A stretch of DNA of 62,575 bases, counting the filler, from Thermodesulfobacteriota bacterium (lineage in GTDB: Bacteria; DASVDK01): NCBI GenBank assembly GCA_036381125.1. It is 6 parts of 6 records of this genome, joined end to end, with 100 filler letters (N's around TTAATTAATTAA, not from the genome) between each part and the next. Parts side by side here need not be neighbours in the genome. Positions count along the whole stretch, not along the records: positions 18,571 to 36,798 come from DASVDK010000162.1; 5 more parts are not named here. One strand, written 5' to 3'. The notes under the pieces are model-generated. The model saw only the letters and a program-made list of their open reading frames with translations, was not told where the DNA came from and did not search any database. Position 1 is the first letter of the stretch, and each line of letters begins with the position of its first letter. Shown piece by piece: positions 21,662 to 30,665 of this stretch. A program made the translations under genes and the position numbers.

Positions 21662-23014
21662 CTAGCGGAACACGCTGGTCCAGACCTGGGTGCCGCTGCT
21701 CGTGGTCTCGACCCAGGCGGTGACGGTCGCCGAGCCGTCCATCGCGACCCGCGGCGCGCTGCCGTCGCCGGTCGAGCTCGACTGCAGCTTCGTCGCCGAG
21801 GCCCACCCGCTGGCCGTGGCGTACCGGCGCGCCCAGATGACGCCCCGACCCACGTCCTGCGTCCAGACCACGGTCGCGTTGCCGGCGCCGTCCATCGCGA
21901 CGCGAGGCTCGAGGGCGGTCCCGGCGAGGTCGCTCTCGAGGCCCTGGGCGGCCTGCCAGACGCCGCCCGAGAGCCGGCTCGACCGGACCCGGTAGTCCGA
22001 GCCCTCGAGCCTCACCCAGACCGCGACCGCGTCTCCGCTCGCGTCCATCGCCACCTGCGGCGCGGCCGCCTCGGCATCCACGGCGTCGGTGGCATCGACG
22101 GGCGCCCCGGCGGTCCAGGTGCCGGAGGCGGCGTCGAAGCGGCTGGCCCAGACGCGCGCGCCGGACCCGCCGCTGTTGGCCTGGAGCCAGACCGCCACGG
22201 CGTTGCCCTCGTCGTCGATCGCGACGCGCGGATGGGCCGCGTCGGTGTCCTCCGACTCGAGCGGCTCCGGCGAGGTCCAGCTCTCGTCGGCGGCGTCGTA
22301 CCGGGTCGCGTAGACGCTGGCCGAGGTCCCGTCGGACTCCGTCCAGACGACCACGAGGTGGTTACCCGCCGACGTGGCGGCGTGCGCCCCCGTCACCTCC
22401 CCGCCGCCGTCGAGGGGCACGCTCCCCTCGAAGCCGGGGATGTCGGTCCGGTATCTGTTCGCCCAGAGCGTCGATCGGTTCGAGAAGTCCTCCTGCAGCC
22501 AGACGGCGATGCCGCTGCCGGTGCCGTCCATCGCGACATACGGCCTCGTGGCGCCGAGGCTCACGCCGTCGTCGAGCTTCACCGGGGTGGCGCCCCAGCC
22601 GGTCGACGGCTCGTACCGCAGGGCCAGGATCTCGTTGCGCCCCGTCGTCGCGTTCTCCTGGGACCAGATGGCGAGGGCCGCCCCGCTCGCATCCATCGCG
22701 AGCTCCGGGGTCTCGACGGCGGTCGTCGCCGCGTCGAGCGGCCCGACGGGCGAGGCCCAGCCCCCCGCCGGGGTATACCGGCGCGCGAGCAGGTCTGTGG
22801 CGCTTCCCACGCTCACGAACGTGAGGAGCGCGCCGCCGGCGCCGTCCATGGCGACGCGAGGCTCGGCCGTGGGCGTCGTCGTGCCGCCCGCGTTCGTCGG
22901 CGGGGCCCAGCCGGTCTTGGGCGCCTTCTTTACCTTGCAGCCCCCCACGGAGACCGAGACGAGGGCCACGAGGATCCACGCGGTGATCGAGGTGACATGT
23001 CGAGGCGCGAGCAT
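21662..23014 (-). CDS. Exported beta-propeller repeat lipoprotein
   Basis: TAAGGAG RBS before the ATG at 23014; VGGC lipobox; about 8 repeats of 'P.VAMD..G.A.AVW.Q......VWA.RY....W'. Confidence 0.8.
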   Translation of the reverse strand: MLAPRHVTSITAWILVALVSVSVGGCKVKKAPKTGWAPPTNAGGTTTPTAEPRVAMDGAGGALLTFVSVGSATDLLARRYTPAGGWASPVGPLDAATTAVETPELAMDASGAALAIWSQENATTGRNEILALRYEPSTGWGATPVKLDDGVSLGATRPYVAMDGTGSGIAVWLQEDFSNRSTLWANRYRTDIPGFEGSVPLDGGGEVTGAHAATSAGNHLVVVWTESDGTSASVYATRYDAADESWTSPEPLESEDTDAAHPRVAIDDEGNAVAVWLQANSGGSGARVWASRFDAASGTWTAGAPVDATDAVDAEAAAPQVAMDASGDAVAVWVRLEGSDYRVRSSRLSGGVWQAAQGLESDLAGTALEPRVAMDGAGNATVVWTQDVGRGVIWARRYATASGWASATKLQSSSTGDGSAPRVAMDGSATVTAWVETTSSGTQVWTSVFR

Positions 23015-23264
23015 ATCCGCGTACTCCTTACCTACCCGGGGGCAGGCACCCGTCCAACACGATGCGCGTGACCCCGGCGATGTCGCGGGCGTGACCGTAC
23101 AGGGTCTCCACGGCGGAGGCAAGGCAAACTCTGGGGTCAAATGAACCTTACTGGGGCCAGGCCCGAGGCCGGCGGTCGACGGCCCCGATCGGGACCGGGC
23201 TCCGCGCGCGCGTGGCGCGGGGCCCCGATGGGGTGGCGGATCCCGAGGTCGGCGCGGCGTCCCG

Positions 23265-24125
23265 TCAGTCGCGCGCGGTGGACGGCAGGCCCATGGCGCG
23301 CGCCACCAGGCGGTCGCGCCACCGGTCGGGGAGGAGGCCGACGAGAATCCGGAGGCGGGCGTCGGCGCCGACGACGTACCGGGTGCGCGGGCGCCGCGCG
23401 GTCAGCGCGTGGAGGACGGCGTCGGCCACGCGGCCGGCCGGGATCGCGCCGCGCGCCGCCCGGTCGGCGGCGCGCTCGAGGGCCGCCATGCCGCGCTCGT
23501 AGAGGGCGAGCGTCGCGGCCGGCATCGCCGGCAGGCGCCGCCGGGCGTGCTCGGCCGACTTCCGCCAGATGGGGGTGGCGACGGCGCCCGGCTCGACGAT
23601 CGCCACCTCGATGCCGAAGGGGCGCACCTCGAGCCGCAGGGCGTCGGTGAGCGCCTCGAGGGCGAACTTCGAGGCGGCGTAGGGCCCGAGGAACGGCGTC
23701 GCGAAGCGCCCGGAGACCGAGCCGACGTTCACGATGCGGCCGCGGCCGGTCCTGAGGAGCGGCAGCATCGCCTGCGTGACCGCGACCTGGCCGACCACGT
23801 TCACCTCGAGCTGGTCGCGCAGGCTCTCGAGCGGCAGGCACTCGAGCGGGCCGGCCACGGCGATGCCGGCGTTGTTGACGAGGCCGGCCAGGCCCGACGA
23901 GCCGGCCGCCTCGGCCACCGTCCGGGCCGCGGCGGCGATCGACGCGCCGTCGGTGACGTCGAGCCTGAGGGGCACGAGCCGGGCAGAGGCCCCGCGCGCG
24001 AGCGCCTCGGCGTCGGCATCGCGCCGGACGCCCGCGAAGACGCGGAAGCCCTCGGCGTCGAGCCGCCGCGCGCACGCCTCCCCGATCCCGGTGGAGGCGC
24101 CGGTGACCACGACGGCGCGAGTCAC
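23265..24125 (-). CDS. SDR-family NAD(P)-dependent oxidoreductase
   Basis: TGASTGIG, LVNNAG, NVGS, YAASK, IVEPG. Confidence 0.95.
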   Translation of the reverse strand: MTRAVVVTGASTGIGEACARRLDAEGFRVFAGVRRDADAEALARGASARLVPLRLDVTDGASIAAAARTVAEAAGSSGLAGLVNNAGIAVAGPLECLPLESLRDQLEVNVVGQVAVTQAMLPLLRTGRGRIVNVGSVSGRFATPFLGPYAASKFALEALTDALRLEVRPFGIEVAIVEPGAVATPIWRKSAEHARRRLPAMPAATLALYERGMAALERAADRAARGAIPAGRVADAVLHALTARRPRTRYVVGADARLRILVGLLPDRWRDRLVARAMGLPSTARD

Positions 24126-24847
24126 GACCGCCGCCCGAACACGTCGCGCAGGATCTCGGTCGTGCGAGCGGCCGGATCGGTGCGGATCCGCTTCTCCTCC
24201 TCGCCGAGGACGAGGAAGAGGCCCGAGAGGGCCCGCGCCGTCACGTAGTCGTCGAGGTCCACGGCCTGCGGCCTGGCGAGCGGGATGCGGTTGTACCGCG
24301 CGACGAGCGCCCGATACTGGCGCGTCACGCCGACCTCGTCGAGGGCGCGGCCCACGATCGGGCGGAAGGCGGCCGTGAGCGGCGCCGTGGTCCTTGCCCG
24401 GAAGTAGTCGGTCGCCGCGGTGTCGGGCCCGTTCAGGATGCGGCGGGCGTCGGCGATCGTCATCTGCGCGATCGCGTCCCAGAAGATCCGCTTCGCCCGC
24501 GGAGCCGCCTGCTCGGCCGCCCGGTTCATGCCGAGCACGAAGCGGTCCACCTCGGCGCCGAGCCCGACGCGCCGCAGCGTCCGCTCGAGCGTCTCGAGCT
24601 CCGGCGGCATCGGGATGCGGATGCGGGCGTTACCGAAGTAGCCGTCGCGGCGGCCGGTCACGCCGACGGCCGTCTCGGTGCCGACCCGCAGGGCATCCTT
24701 GAGGCCCTGCGCGATGCGCGCCTCGGTGAGCGGCGCTCCCGGCGAGAGGCCTCCCCCGCGCAGGAGATCGTCGACGCTCGGCGGCGAGCCGGCGGCACAG
24801 CCCGCCACCGCGAGCGCCGCGAGGAGCAGGGCGACGTATCGGGTCAT
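24122..24847 (-). CDS. DUF4197-family lipoprotein
   Basis: VAGC lipobox; GLKDAL..G, RIPMP, MNRAAE.A, IL.G.DTAAT.YF, GLF....EE..IR.DP.ART. Confidence 0.88.
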   Translation of the reverse strand: MTRYVALLLAALAVAGCAAGSPPSVDDLLRGGGLSPGAPLTEARIAQGLKDALRVGTETAVGVTGRRDGYFGNARIRIPMPPELETLERTLRRVGLGAEVDRFVLGMNRAAEQAAPRAKRIFWDAIAQMTIADARRILNGPDTAATDYFRARTTAPLTAAFRPIVGRALDEVGVTRQYRALVARYNRIPLARPQAVDLDDYVTARALSGLFLVLGEEEKRIRTDPAARTTEILRDVFGRRS

Positions 24848-24926
24848 GGTCGTGTCCTCCGGGCGCGCGGGGTGGAGCGGCGCGGAGCCTATACCCGCCC
24901 ACAGGGCCCGTCAAGCGCGGGGCGGC

Positions 24927-25811
24927 TCACGGCCGGCTCGCCAGCGCGACCCCGCCCGCCGCGAGCGCCATGCCGAGCCACGCGGCCGCGGGCATCGCCT
25001 CGCCGAGGACCGCATACGCGATCAGGGCGGCCGTCGGGGGGACGAGGAAGAAGAGCGCGGAGACGCGCGACACCTCGCCGTGCCGGATCATGGCGAGGAG
25101 GAGCGTGATCGAGACGAGGGAGTTGCCGACCACGAGGTAGGCGAGCGAGACGAGGAGGTCGGCCGTCCAGTCGACGCGCGGCTCCTCGATCGCCAGCGCC
25201 GCGGGCAGGACGACGGCGAGTCCCACGGCGCACTGCACGAGGTTGGCGGTCACCGGGTGATGGGTCGTCCCGAAGCGCTTCTCGTAGAGCGTCCCGGCGG
25301 TCATCGCCGACAGGGCGCCGACGGCGCTGAGGACGCCGAGGGCGGAGGTCGACGCGACGGCCGACCGGGCGCCGATCACGAGCGCGGCGCCGGAAAGGCC
25401 GAGCACGAGCCCGGCCCACCGCCGCCCGCCCACCCGCTCGCCGGCGAGCCGCGGCGCCAGCACGGCCACGACGATCGGCTGCAGCGAGACGAGGATCGCC
25501 AGGCCGCCGGCCGTGAGCCCGAGGTCGAGCGCCAGGTAGGACAGCGCGAAGTAGAGCGCCTGGATGAGGACGCCGATCACCGCGAGGTGCCGCCACGCGG
25601 CCGCCCCTACCGGCCAGGCGGGCCGCAGGACGGCGGCGAGGGGGAGGAGCACGGCGAGGACCACCGCGTACCGGAGGGCGAGGAAGGTCAGCGGCTCGGC
25701 GTGGGCGAGCCCCATCTTGAGGAAGGCGAAGCCCCCCGACCAGAGCAGGAGGAAGACCGCGGGGGCCAGGTTGAGCCAGCGCGGGGCGGCGCCGCGCGAG
25801 CCGGTCGCCAC
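24927..25811 (-). CDS. EamA/DMT-family transporter (start uncertain: 25811 or 25838)
   Basis: Ten TM helices; LWSGGF, PLTFLALRY, LQPI, SRVSALFFLVPP. Confidence 0.9.
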   Translation of the reverse strand: MATGSRGAAPRWLNLAPAVFLLLWSGGFAFLKMGLAHAEPLTFLALRYAVVLAVLLPLAAVLRPAWPVGAAAWRHLAVIGVLIQALYFALSYLALDLGLTAGGLAILVSLQPIVVAVLAPRLAGERVGGRRWAGLVLGLSGAALVIGARSAVASTSALGVLSAVGALSAMTAGTLYEKRFGTTHHPVTANLVQCAVGLAVVLPAALAIEEPRVDWTADLLVSLAYLVVGNSLVSITLLLAMIRHGEVSRVSALFFLVPPTAALIAYAVLGEAMPAAAWLGMALAAGGVALASRP

Positions 25812-25815
25812 GAGC

Positions 25816-26880
25816 TCAGGCGAGGCCGGCGCCGACAACGTGGCCGATGAGGTAGGCGACGACCCCCGCGCCGCCGCCCACGCCGAGCATCCGCAGGCCG
25901 CCCCGGACCGCGCCGCGGCCGGTGAAGAGGCTCAGGGCCGCGCCGACGCCGAAGAGCGAGAGCGCGGTGAGGCCGATCGCGGCGGGGAGGGCGAGGGCCC
26001 CGGCGCCCGCGAGGAACGGCAGCACCGGGACCGCCCCGCCCAGCGCGAACGAGACGAAGGACGAGACGGCGGCGCCCCACGGCGAGCCGAGGTCCTCGGG
26101 GTCGACCCCGAGCTCCTCCCGGGCGAGGACCCGGAGGGCCCGCTCCGGGTCGGCCACGATCTGCCGCGCCATCTGCGTCGCCTCGGCCTCGCCGAGCCCG
26201 CGCGTCCGGTAGATCAGCGCCAGCTCCGCCGCCTCGTCCTCGGGGTACTGCGCCAGCTCCGCCCGCTCGAGGCCGATCTGGTACTCGTACATCTCGCGCT
26301 GCGACCGAACCGAGACGTACTCGCCGGCCGCCATGGAGAGGGCGCCGGCCAGTAGCCCGGCCAGCCCCGCGAGCAGGACCGTCTCGTGGCTCGTCGCCGC
26401 GCCGGCCACGCCGAGGATCAGCGTGGCGTTCGAGACCAGCCCGTCGTTCACGCCGAAGACCGCGGCCCGGAGGTTGCCGCCCCCGCGGGTGCCGTGGTGG
26501 CTGCGCAGCTCCTCCACCGAGTCCGGCACCGCGTGGTGCGCGGTGCTCGGCACGCTGGCGGCGTAGGCCGACACGCCGCGGACCTTCATCGCCGCGAGCA
26601 CCGGTCGCATCGCGCTCGGCCCCACGGCGCGCACGAGCGCGGCCACGACGCGGGCCCGCATCGAGGGGGTGAAGCGGCCGGGCGGCGGCGCGCCGGCCCG
26701 GGCGGCGATGGCCGCCCACACCTCGGCCTGCGCCTCGGCCGCCTCGGCGAGGCCCGCGAACAGCGCCTCGCGCGGCGTCCCCCGCTCCGCCGCCTCCACC
26801 ACGCGGTAGAGGAAGGCCGACTGCTTCTCCTCGCGCCAGCTCGAGACGGCCTGCGCGGCCGACGTCCGCTCCACGTTCAC
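25816..26880 (-). CDS. VIT1/CCC1 Fe/Mn transporter with an N-terminal ferritin/rubrerythrin-like domain
   Basis: GTG overlaps the LysR TGA; WREEKQSA.LY; LRAAVFGVNDGLVSN, AGALSMAAGEYVSV.SQRE, REELG.DP, SPW.AA.SSF.SF.LG. Confidence 0.9.
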   Translation of the reverse strand: MNVERTSAAQAVSSWREEKQSAFLYRVVEAAERGTPREALFAGLAEAAEAQAEVWAAIAARAGAPPPGRFTPSMRARVVAALVRAVGPSAMRPVLAAMKVRGVSAYAASVPSTAHHAVPDSVEELRSHHGTRGGGNLRAAVFGVNDGLVSNATLILGVAGAATSHETVLLAGLAGLLAGALSMAAGEYVSVRSQREMYEYQIGLERAELAQYPEDEAAELALIYRTRGLGEAEATQMARQIVADPERALRVLAREELGVDPEDLGSPWGAAVSSFVSFALGGAVPVLPFLAGAGALALPAAIGLTALSLFGVGAALSLFTGRGAVRGGLRMLGVGGGAGVVAYLIGHVVGAGLA

Positions 26881-27809
26881 CGCGCCCCCCGGCCGAAGGG
26901 GCCGGCGAGGAGCCCCGGGAGCCCCTCGCGGCAGGCCGCGCGGAAGCCGGCCACCGTCGCGTCCTCGCCGCGGCCCTTCGCATAGGCGACGGCCCACCGT
27001 CGCCGCAGCGACGGCCCCACGAGGCGCACCGCCGCGATCTCGCCGGCAGCCGCCTCCCTGGCGACCACCCAGGCCGGGACGAGCGACACCCCGAGCCCGA
27101 TGCGCACCATCTCCTTCATGGCCTCCACGTAGCCGACCTCCATCCGCACGTCGAGCCGTACGCCGGCGCGGGCGAACTGCCCGAGGATGCGCCGCGAGGT
27201 GCCGGTCCCTCGATCGTAAAGGATGAAGGGCTCGCCGTCGAAGGCCGCGAGGGGGAGCCGTCCGCGGCGCGCGGCCCACGGGTGATGGGGCGCCGCGATG
27301 GCGACCTGCTCGTCCTCGCCGACGTCCTCGAGGACGAGGCCGCGCGTGCGGACGGGACGGGTGACGAGCCCTGCGTCGAGCTCGCCCTTCGCGACCGCCT
27401 CGGCGACCCGCTCCGGATGGTGCGTCGAGACCGAGACCCTGAGGTTCGGAATGCGCGACGCGAGCGCCTCGAGGAGGGGCGGCACGAGGTACTGCGCCGG
27501 CATCCCCCCCGCCCCGATGCGCAGCCGGGCCGCCGCGGCAGCCCCCTCGGCGGCCACCGCCTCGCGCGCCTCGTCGAGCAGGGCGAGCACCTGCCGCGCG
27601 TACGCGGCGAGGCGACGGCCGGCCTCCGTGAGCACCGCCGCCCGCCCGACGCGGCGGAAGAGCGGCACGCCGAGCGCCGCCTCGAGGGCCCGCACCCGGC
27701 GGCTCACGGTCGGCTGCGTCCGCTCGGCGCTCCCCGCCGCGCCGGTGAAGCTGCCCCCTTCGGCCACGAGCAGGAACGTGCGGAGGTGGGCGAGGTCGAG
27801 ATCGGCCAT
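26877..27809 (-). CDS. LysR-family transcriptional regulator
   Basis: LRTF..VAE.GSFT.AA.....QPTVSRRVRALE..LG.PLF.R.GR...LT.AG, plus an effector-binding domain. Confidence 0.95.
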   Translation of the reverse strand: MADLDLAHLRTFLLVAEGGSFTGAAGSAERTQPTVSRRVRALEAALGVPLFRRVGRAAVLTEAGRRLAAYARQVLALLDEAREAVAAEGAAAAARLRIGAGGMPAQYLVPPLLEALASRIPNLRVSVSTHHPERVAEAVAKGELDAGLVTRPVRTRGLVLEDVGEDEQVAIAAPHHPWAARRGRLPLAAFDGEPFILYDRGTGTSRRILGQFARAGVRLDVRMEVGYVEAMKEMVRIGLGVSLVPAWVVAREAAAGEIAAVRLVGPSLRRRWAVAYAKGRGEDATVAGFRAACREGLPGLLAGPFGRGAR

Positions 27810-27890
27810 GCCGAATCATACACACTCCGCATCGATCCGTGTCATATCATGTATTGGACGCAGACGACTCCGCCTGGTATCCCTTCCGGC
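27810..27890. promoter_or_regulatory. Divergent lysR/modA promoter region
   Basis: Relatively AT-rich 81-bp gap. The minus strand has TATGAT 5 nt before the lysR ATG; there is no SD before either start. Confidence 0.45.
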
Positions 27891-28682
27891 ATGCACCGGC
27901 GCACCCTGATCGGCCTCCTGGTCGCCGTCGGCCTCCCGGTCGCCGGCGTCGCCCTGCCGCGCGCGCCCGCGGGGGCGGCGCCCGCGCCCACGCTCACGGT
28001 CTTCGGCGCGTCAGACCTGGCGTTCGCCTTCGAGGCGATCGTGCCGCGCTTCGAGCGGGCGACCGGCGCGAGGGTGACGCTCGTGCTCGGCTCCACCGGG
28101 AACCTCGCGAAGCAGATCGAGAACGGCGCGCCGGCGGACGCCTTCTTCGCGGCAAACGTCGGCTTCGTCGACGCGCTCGCCGCGTCCTCCGCGGTGCGCC
28201 CGGAGTCGCGGACCCTGTACGCGCGAGGCCGGATCGTCCTCGCGACCACGCGGAGGTCGGGCCTCCGGCTGTCGTCCCTGACCGATCTCCGCCGGCCGGA
28301 GGTGAAGCGCATCGCGATCGCCAACCCGGAGCACGCCCCGTACGGGCAGGCGGCCCGGGAGGCACTCGAGACCGCCGGCCTCTGGGACGAGGTGCGGCCG
28401 AGGCTCGTGTACGGCGAGAACATCCGCCATACGCTGCAGTACCTCCAGTCGGGTGCGGTGGAGGCGGCGATCGTCGCGCTGTCGATCGCCGACGTACCGG
28501 GGATCGACTCGGTGCCGATCGACGCGAGCCTCCACCGCCCGATCGATCAGGCGGCCGCCGTGACGACGCGCAGCCGACAGCCCGACCTCGCCCTCGCCTT
28601 CATCCGGTTCGTGACGGGCCCCGAGGGCCGGCCGATCATGGAGCGCTACGGCTTCGCCCTGCCGCCCTCCGGGGGTTCCTAG
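27891..28682 (+). CDS. modA: Molybdate ABC transporter substrate-binding protein
   Basis: VFGASDL, GSTGNLAKQIENGAPAD.F.AAN, IAIANPEHAPYG.AA, GENI. Confidence 0.93.
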   Translation: MHRRTLIGLLVAVGLPVAGVALPRAPAGAAPAPTLTVFGASDLAFAFEAIVPRFERATGARVTLVLGSTGNLAKQIENGAPADAFFAANVGFVDALAASSAVRPESRTLYARGRIVLATTRRSGLRLSSLTDLRRPEVKRIAIANPEHAPYGQAAREALETAGLWDEVRPRLVYGENIRHTLQYLQSGAVEAAIVALSIADVPGIDSVPIDASLHRPIDQAAAVTTRSRQPDLALAFIRFVTGPEGRPIMERYGFALPPSGGS

Positions 28683-28689
28683 AGGAGCC

Positions 28690-29343
28690 GTGGACCTCTT
28701 CCCGCTCCGCCTCTCGCTCGCCGTCTCGGTGGCCGCCACGGCGCTCACGCTGGCGGTGGGGCTCCCCCTCGCCTGGCTGCTCGCCCGCCGGCGCTTCCCG
28801 GGGCGCGACCTGCTCGAGGCCGCCGTCGTGCTCCCGCTGGTCCTGCCGCCCACGGTACTCGGCTACTACCTCCTCACGCTCGTCGGCGCACGCGGACCGA
28901 TCGGCCGCGCGCTCGGGGCGGTCGGGATCGATCTGGCCTTCACGCCGAAGGCGGCCGTGCTGGCCGCGTCGGTCGCCTCGATCGCGCTCCTCGTCAAGGC
29001 GGCGCAGGCCGGATTCGCGTCGGTCGACACCCGCCTCGAGCAGGCCGCCCGTACGCTCGGCCGCTCGGAGTGGCAGGTCTTCTGGTCCGTGACGCTCCCG
29101 CTCGCCTGGCGCTCGGTCCTGGCCGGGGCCGTCCTCGCCTTCTGCCGCGCGTTCGGCGACTTCGGCATCACGCTCATGGTGGCGGGCAGCATCCCGGGCG
29201 TCACCCAGACGGTGCCGCTCGCGATCTACGACCGGGTGCAGGCCAACCGGATGGACGAGGCGAACGCGCTCTCGCTGCTCGCGGTCGGCGTCGTGGCGCT
29301 CCTCCTGGTCGGCCTCGGCCGGCTCGCGCGGCTCCGCTTCTGA
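28690..29343 (+). CDS. modB: Molybdate ABC transporter permease
   Basis: LPLVLPPTVLGYYLL, EQAARTLG, FCRAFGDFGITLMVAGSIPG.TQT.PLAIY. Confidence 0.95.
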   Translation: MDLFPLRLSLAVSVAATALTLAVGLPLAWLLARRRFPGRDLLEAAVVLPLVLPPTVLGYYLLTLVGARGPIGRALGAVGIDLAFTPKAAVLAASVASIALLVKAAQAGFASVDTRLEQAARTLGRSEWQVFWSVTLPLAWRSVLAGAVLAFCRAFGDFGITLMVAGSIPGVTQTVPLAIYDRVQANRMDEANALSLLAVGVVALLLVGLGRLARLRF

Positions 29344-29345
29344 CC

Positions 29346-30455
29346 ATGCTCTCGCTCGCCATCGAGAAGCGCCTCGACGGCTTCGTGCTCGACGCCGCGT
29401 GGGAGGCGGGCGACGAGGTCGTGGCGCTCTTCGGGCACTCGGGCGCCGGCAAGAGCCTCACGCTCCAGTGCCTGGCCGGCCTCGTGCGCCCGGACGCGGG
29501 TCGCATCGTCGTCGACGGCGCGGTCCTCTTCGACCACGCGCGCGGCATCCACGTCCGCCCCCAGGCCCGCCGGCTCGGCTACGTGTTCCAGGGGTACGCC
29601 CTCTTCCCGCACCTCACGGTCGAGGCCAACGTCGGCTTCGGCCTGGCCGGCAAGGCGCGCGGCGCGCGGCGCGCGCGCACGGCCGAGGTGATCGCCCGCC
29701 TCGGCCTCACGGGGCTCGAGCGTCGCTACCCGCGGGAGCTGTCGGGCGGCCAGCAGCAACGGGTGGCGCTCGGCCGCGCCCTCGCGGCCGACCCGGCCAT
29801 GCTCCTCCTCGACGAGCCGCTCTCGGCGCTCGACGCGCCCCTTCGCCGCCAGCTCAGGGACGAGCTGGCGGACGTGATCCGCGAGTGGCGCGTGCCGACC
29901 GTGCTCGTGACGCACGACCTGGCCGAGGCCTTCCAGCTCGCCGACCGGATCGTCGTGTACGAGGAGGGCCGGGTCGTGCAGGCGGCGCCGAAGTCGGAGA
30001 TCCTCTCGCGGCCCGCCTCCGAGCGGGTGGCACGTCTCTTCGGCGTCCGCAACATCCTGCGCGGACGGGTCGTCGACGCCTCGGCCGGCGCGATCCGCCT
30101 CGCCTGGCAGGGTCACGTCCTCACCGCTGCCAACTCCCCCTCGCAGCCCTTCCTGCCGCCGCGGGGCGCGGAGGTGGCCTTCTTCGTGCGCCCCGAGTAC
30201 GTGCGGCTCGTCCGCAAGGACCGGCCGGCGCCCGAGGCGCAGAACCGCCTCACCGGCCGGATCGTCGGCGAGGTGGACATGGGGACGAGCTGGGTGCTCC
30301 GCATGGCCGTGGACGGCGGCACCGGCCGCACGTCCGGGCCCGACCTCGAGGTCGAGGTCCCGACGATGGTCTACGAGATGCTCGGCCTCGCCCGCGACCG
30401 GACCTGGCAGCTCACGATCCAGCCCGCCGCCATCCAGGTTCTCCCTTCCGGCTGA
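29346..30455 (+). CDS. modC: Molybdate ABC transporter ATP-binding protein
   Basis: GHSGAGKS, GYVFQGYALFPHL, LSGGQQQRVAL, LLDEPLSALD, VTHD; C-terminal TOBE-like region. Confidence 0.9.
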   Translation: MLSLAIEKRLDGFVLDAAWEAGDEVVALFGHSGAGKSLTLQCLAGLVRPDAGRIVVDGAVLFDHARGIHVRPQARRLGYVFQGYALFPHLTVEANVGFGLAGKARGARRARTAEVIARLGLTGLERRYPRELSGGQQQRVALGRALAADPAMLLLDEPLSALDAPLRRQLRDELADVIREWRVPTVLVTHDLAEAFQLADRIVVYEEGRVVQAAPKSEILSRPASERVARLFGVRNILRGRVVDASAGAIRLAWQGHVLTAANSPSQPFLPPRGAEVAFFVRPEYVRLVRKDRPAPEAQNRLTGRIVGEVDMGTSWVLRMAVDGGTGRTSGPDLEVEVPTMVYEMLGLARDRTWQLTIQPAAIQVLPSG

Positions 30456-30490
30456 GCCGCGAGGTTCCGTCGAGGGACGACCTTCCGAAC

Positions 30491-30660
30491 GGGGTCAGGC
30501 CTTTCCTTTATCCTCGCCGATCGCGTTCGGTTCCCGAGGATTTCCGGACACCTACCGGCGTGGTCGCGGTCGAACCCCAGTGTTTCTCGGGGCTTTCGCT
30601 GACGGGGGGCGTGGAAAACGGAAAGACCTGACCCCGTGGAAAATGGAAAGACCTGACCCC
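30491..30660. repeat. 25-bp inverted plus tandem repeat element (REP/MITE-like)
   Basis: gtggaaaa(c/t)ggaaagacctgacccc in tandem at 30611-30635 and 30636-30660. An inverted copy, ggggtcaggcctttcctttatcctc, lies at 30491-30515 (21/25 identical). Confidence 0.8.
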
Positions 30661-30665
30661 CGGGG

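Noticed and set aside
30611-30660. Possible mini-CRISPR (25-bp direct repeats)
   Set aside because: The two copies abut with no spacer, and a third copy is inverted.
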